This document shows positions 58,201 to 64,000 of a stretch of 64,000 nucleotides of DNA, in pieces. The translations under genes were made by a program, and so were the position numbers. The notes under the pieces were generated by a model. That model saw only the letters and a program-made list of their open reading frames with translations. It had not been told where the DNA came from and ran no database searches. The DNA is from the human T2T-CHM13v2.0 reference genome, Homo sapiens, in the NCBI RefSeq assembly GCF_009914755.1, contig NC_060936.1; one strand, 5' to 3'. Within the stretch, counting starts at the first letter, position 1. Every line of letters begins with the position of its first letter.

Positions 58201-58477
58201 ACATGTTCTCACTTATAGGTGGGAGCTAAACAATGGGAACACATGCATGGTCGTAAAGAGGGGAACAACAGATACTGGGGCCTACGTGACAGTGGAATGT
58301 GGGAGAAGGGGAAGTATAAAATTACCTATTTGTTTCTATGCTTATACCTGGGTGATGAAATAATCTGTATACCAAACCCCTGTAACACGCAGTTTACTTA
58401 TATAACAAATCTGCATATGTCCCCTGAACCTAAATTAAGTTATAATTTAAAAATTAAATAAACAAACAAACATAAAT
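52237..58477 (+). mobile_element. Near full-length old primate L1 (L1PA13-16-like), ORF1 ~53450-54360 and ORF2 from ATG 54434 both disrupted
   Basis: Repeat-containing 5' UTR, ORF2 fragments ([26 protein letters not shown]; [10 protein letters not shown]), TSD AAAG(A/G)GCTCACCT at 52224-52236 and 58478-58490. Confidence 0.93.
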
Positions 58478-59867
58478 AAAGGGCTCACCTGATTAGGTCT
58501 TGCCCATCTGTGATAATCTCTTTTTTGATTAGCTCAAAATCAAATTATTAGGGATTTTTTATTTTGTCTACCACAATTATCTTCACCAGTAAGAACTGAA
58601 CCATGACCCTCATCATTCAATAACTTTTTTTTTTTTTTTTTTTTTGGCTGGCTCTCAGGTGTTAACTTGCGCACATGATGTGGTATCTTTCTTTGAGCTA
58701 CAGAATCTGGAAACTTTGAGTTTGAGAAAAAATAAATGCAATGGTATGGAAAAAGCTTTCTGATGATGCACTTGCAGGTTTTTAATAGCCTCTCTGTGAA
58801 AACTTTATAGCCATGCAAATAGCATTCTTATGTTTTATTTAATTTTTTTAGAATTTGAAGGACAGTTAAAATATATCTCTCTATAAACAAATACTTTAAA
58901 AGATTTTTATATACTACAGGTCTAAATATAACCCCAATAACATACCATGTGTTTGTTAGAAATGTATGAAAATAATTATATAAAATTGCATTTAACATTA
59001 AGTCATTGCAAGCAATTGACCAGCTGTGTATTTAGGCACTGATCTAGGAAACTTCTGTTTTTCAAATGGAAACAAAATGACACTTTACATAAACACATAA
59101 GGATACTGGGAATTTTAATGACTTCTTTTTGGGCACAAAGCCTTTATCTACCATAGAACAGCCATTTCAAATTATATAATATTTTAAATCTTCCACTTCC
59201 GTTTATCAAGGAAAGAAGACGGTATTTGACCACCACCACAATAAAACAAAAACTAGGGTTAAAACTGACATTTGAAGCAACAATTTTCACCTACTAGACA
59301 ACAAACAGAAGATAGTGGTCCATGAAAAAAGGGAAACAAATGAAGTGAGTTCTGCTATTCTCCTGGCTTTTTGCCTGGAGAAGTGTTTCCAGACAACAAT
59401 GTGGGGAAGTGAGACTCAGAACCATGATTCATGGAGTCACAAGATCAGTAACAGGAGTTGAAAACGACAAAGGCAGCTAAATTTTGCTGGTCAAAGTGTT
59501 ATAGAGAAGGGAGCTACATAGATAAGGAGCTCAAAATCTATATTGAGGTCCCGTTGGATCTTTGGCTAAGGAGTTGACCTGTACACATGTATAGGGGCAT
59601 TGCTCATGCTCAGGGAAATAATACTAGTGTGTTGTAAGTCAAACAATTTCCATAGCTTGTAGAAGATTGGTAGAATTTCAAGTTCTAACTAATCAGAGTG
59701 GTGTAACCTCACTGGCACAAAACAAGGGAATTCAATAAAGATCACTACAAAATTGTGATGCCTAAGGCTAAAGTAGCCCTAGTAAAAAGACTACTAGAGA
59801 ACCACTCTAAGAAAACTTAAAAGCAAGCCACAAAAGGATCAGCCTCATCAGCAATTAGCTTTATACC

Positions 59868-60352
59868 TGTTGTAAAAGAAAATTACACTAGACTGGTTAA
59901 ATGGGCAAGGAAGACTTTGTTCAAAACTATTGAGATAGGGGACAGAAATAGAACTCAACTTCACTGAAAAGCAGGATAGCTTTTAAGCAGTTGAGTGACC
60001 TAGTTGAAAAGTACCAGAAGACATTAGTGGGGAGCTTGGTTAATGTAATTAGATCGCTTATGTTTGCTAATTGGCATTTATGGAAGTGAGGTTCCTACTC
60101 TTCAGCAGAGACTGGGATAGAGGGGTCCTGTCTTCTTGATGATCACATTTCAAAGAGATGGTCCCAGGTCCTTGAGAAAGAGGGTTCTGGATTGTGGAAG
60201 ATTTGCATCTCAAAGGGGCAGAGAAACAATTTACAATTCCAAGTGTTTTGAAGTAAATGCTTTAGCAAACAGGAGGACAGAGACCTATAGTCAGGAAGAG
60301 GTCTATCTAAAATTTAGTCAAGCAGAAAGGAATGTTAAAGCAGTCTTGGTTA
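59868..60352 (-). mobile_element. ERV1-type solo LTR (subfamily unresolved)
   Basis: GGCAAGGAAGACTTTGTTCAAAACTATTG…CATTTCAAAGAGATGGTCCCAGGTCCTTGAGAAAG resembles MER4-group LTRs. Confidence 0.5.
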
Positions 60353-60399
60353 GTTGCTCCACAAATTATCATATTCTGTAAAGAAAAACTAGATGGCTC

Positions 60400-60562
60400 T
60401 ATGGATTTCAGACTGGACTTACACAATTGTATAAGCCAATTTATTAAAATAAATCTCTCTATGTATGTATGTATATGCATATGTATATGTGTGTGTATGC
60501 ATCTATATATGTATATATATTTCCTATTGCTCCTGTTTCTCTGGTAGTATCTGACTGAAACA
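60400..60562 (+). mobile_element. MLT2 LTR 3' fragment with (TA/TG) tract
   Basis: GCCAATTTATTAAAATAAATCTCTCT…CCTATTGCTCCTGTTTCTCTGG…TGACTGAAACA. Confidence 0.65.
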
Positions 60563-60639
60563 GAGGGTATCCCAGTGCCGTGGTTGTTCATGATGGACTC
60601 ATGCACATTTTCCACACCATTTTCCTGATAGTTTGAGTA

Positions 60640-61463
<824 letters not shown>

Positions 61464-61716
61464 TAAACATCATTTGGATGTTATTGTGATAGAATATGTT
61501 TGGCCGACTTCTTTAATATGTTTTTATTTGAGGACAGCCATAAACTGGCACAATTCAATACTTCCACAGTTCAATGATACAGTCTTCTAAATATAGCATC
61601 TTAGTTATACTCATAATAATTGAAATGATATTTTAGTCCATCCCACTTCAGCAAAGGAAGTGTTTCTGTTTCTTGAAAAACGGACACAAAGAGACTAGAG
61701 GATGATGTGAATCATT

Positions 61717-61800
61717 ATCTCTTTCTCTCTCTATATATATATCTCTATCTGTCTATCTCTCTCTCTGTCTCTCTCTCTCTATGTATATATCCATCTATCT
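61717..61800. repeat. (TC)/(TA)/(TCTA) simple repeat
   Basis: Directly visible. Confidence 0.9.
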
Positions 61801-64000
61801 GTATTTTTAGTAAGTCATTGTGGTGGATATTTGTTATTTTTGCATGCTCTGAAGCTTTTCCTTTGAAAAGTTATCCTTCTCCATCTGGTGGGTAAAAATA
61901 AAGCACACTTAGAAAAAATGTTGAGACAGTGAGAAAGAGCAGTGAAAGAGAGAGTGAGAGAGAGGGAGACCTAAGAGTAACAAAAGTTCCTGGTTCCAGC
62001 TCTGTGAGGGTAAAATTTTTAATTTAAAGAGCCCACGAATTATAATATCATTTTAGCTTAATCTAGTTTGAGTTATGTTTCTGTCATATTCAAGCAAAAT
62101 AGTAGATTATAAAGTGCCGTTCAGGTCTAAGACCACCACTAGGAACCTTTGAGAATCTCCTTCTCTGTTTGATCTTCCTTCTTCTCCTTTCTAAACCCAT
62201 CAGTCCTGTTCTAATCCTCTTTGTCCACCCCTAACTTTCCCTTCTGTGTAGTATGTGTTTAGTTAAGGTAAAGCTAACTGCTGTAAAAACAAATCCCAAA
62301 TTTCCAGTGACTTAACACAATAAAAATTTCTGTCTGACACAAACTACAATCTGGTGAGGGCAATCTGAATCAGTACTCAGGGACCTTAGATGCTTGCTGC
62401 CTCGGAGTTTTCTGTATCTGGCCACTGGAAGGGAAACTGAAAGACGTATATGTGGAAGATTTTATTTGTCCAAACATAAAGTGGCATTTCTCAGTTCACT
62501 CATATTCCTTTAGCTAGGATTTAATGGCATGAGCTTCAAAGTAGGCGTGTAGATATGATCCAGCTGCTTGCCCAGGAAAATGATAAAAAGAATATGGGTA
62601 GATAGCAGCCTTTTCCATACCAGGGTACTGGTTCTACACTTAAAAAAAAGGGTGGGTGTATGTAGACTCTAAAAAAATAGCACGAATTCATGTTACAATA
62701 ACAATCATGGGAAATAAAAAAGTTTCCTATTTTTTTTTAAAATTTACTCAGTGACTTGCACTTCATTGTGACAACCCATTCTCTAGTTAGTAGGAAAAAA
62801 ATAACTGTATGTCTAATTGATCTAATAATTCAAACCGTCCCTTGTGGTAAAAGTTAGTCTTTCTTAGATACAATTTTTTAGTGTCTCATATGCTAAAGAC
62901 TCCCTCTTCGTCTGCTTCTCTCCTTCAGGTGAGATCTAGTACATGGGTGGAAGAGTGTAGGTTATAGATGATCTTAAGTTAGAAAAGGAAAACTCTTCTT
63001 TTTTCTTTGGGCCTAGTTTTCTCTGGCTGCTGAAGCAAACTCATGTGCAACTGGATAATCAGGGCTGTGATTGCCTCTGTTGCTCAAGTCCGTAGCTGGT
63101 GAACCCATCATTATTATTTATTATTATTGATCATCCCCTCTGTGGCACTGCTTCACTTTGGTTTTTGCTGGTCGTAGGACCATGGGCATCTGCCATATTC
63201 TCCATCTGTTGCACTGGCCTGGAGATCCTCTCACAGACTTGACAGGGGAAGGGGAGCACTTTTCTCCTCATAATGCATACCTTTGCAGGCCACTGACTCT
63301 CAACTTTTCCATATGACATGGGAACCAAGGATGGCTTGGGAATGTAGTCACTTAGGGTCTTCTGTTCCACCAGTTACCTTGATATGTCAATGCCTGAAAC
63401 TGTGACAGGCATTTGGGGAGAGAGTCTTCTCCTTGGACTCTAATCAGGAAATGCAACACTCTCCTCTTCCCTGGTGTGCTTAGAGACAGTACAACTCTAC
63501 TTGTCTCTTTCTTGCATTCCATTTTTCTTCTTTCCTCAGTGTCCCAGGGGTAAAAGAACAATTCTTTTAATTCCCTGATATCATATGAGCTGTATATCAA
63601 AAAAGTCATCTGGATTTCTGAGGTAGGTAAAATATTATTTTTATGCTGGAGGAACTCTATATTCTCTGTATTTCAGCTTGTGCATCAAGGTAAAGGGGGA
63701 ACTAAAACAATCCAGTAAATACTCTCTCAAGTATATAGCCTAGATGGAAACACTATCATCTCAGTGCATAGCCCTGAGTTACACATCTGAAGCCAAATAT
63801 TACACTGTTCCTTCACCAAGAATCCTTTCTATGTCAAATCCCAAATTTCTTGTCATTCTCCATAGCACTGTTCATCTGCATGCCGTAGTAGATGAAGGCT
63901 TTGGGTGGACCCATTGAAAGTCTTGTGCTCAAGAAGACAAAGGACACAATTCATGGTTAGTATTCAAAATGTTGCTCCCACCACAAACATCTTCATATTC

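Noticed and set aside
52237-58477. Retrotransposition-competent L1
   Set aside because: Many stops and frameshifts in both ORFs, a deletion in ORF1 near 54060, and a CpG-depleted 5' UTR

Overview
Repeat-dense, apparently gene-free primate DNA, most likely human (AluY/S/J, L1PA/L1PB, L2, MIR, THE1, MLT, HERV-H). No host protein-coding exon, RNA gene or CRISPR array can be supported; the listed ORFs are decayed retroelement frames or chance ORFs. The dominant structure is an ancient ERVL (LTR16/HERV16-like) provirus (~8270-27460) carrying nested insertions, including two different HERV-H proviruses lying tail-to-tail (A: + strand 14991-20740; B: - strand ~20754-26080) that form an ~11 kb imperfect palindrome. 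Their target-site duplications are swapped, the two inner LTRs are A/B mosaics and one inner LTR is mostly deleted. I read this as two integrations about 8 bp apart, followed by inversion and asymmetric deletion of the palindrome centre. The remaining poly(A) signals predict read-through into a multi-kb fold-back dsRNA. Smaller observations: three local direct duplications, a MADE1 hairpin with homogenised arms, a twin-primed L1PB and a possible L1 3' transduction. Subfamily names come from remembered consensus sequences, not from a search.
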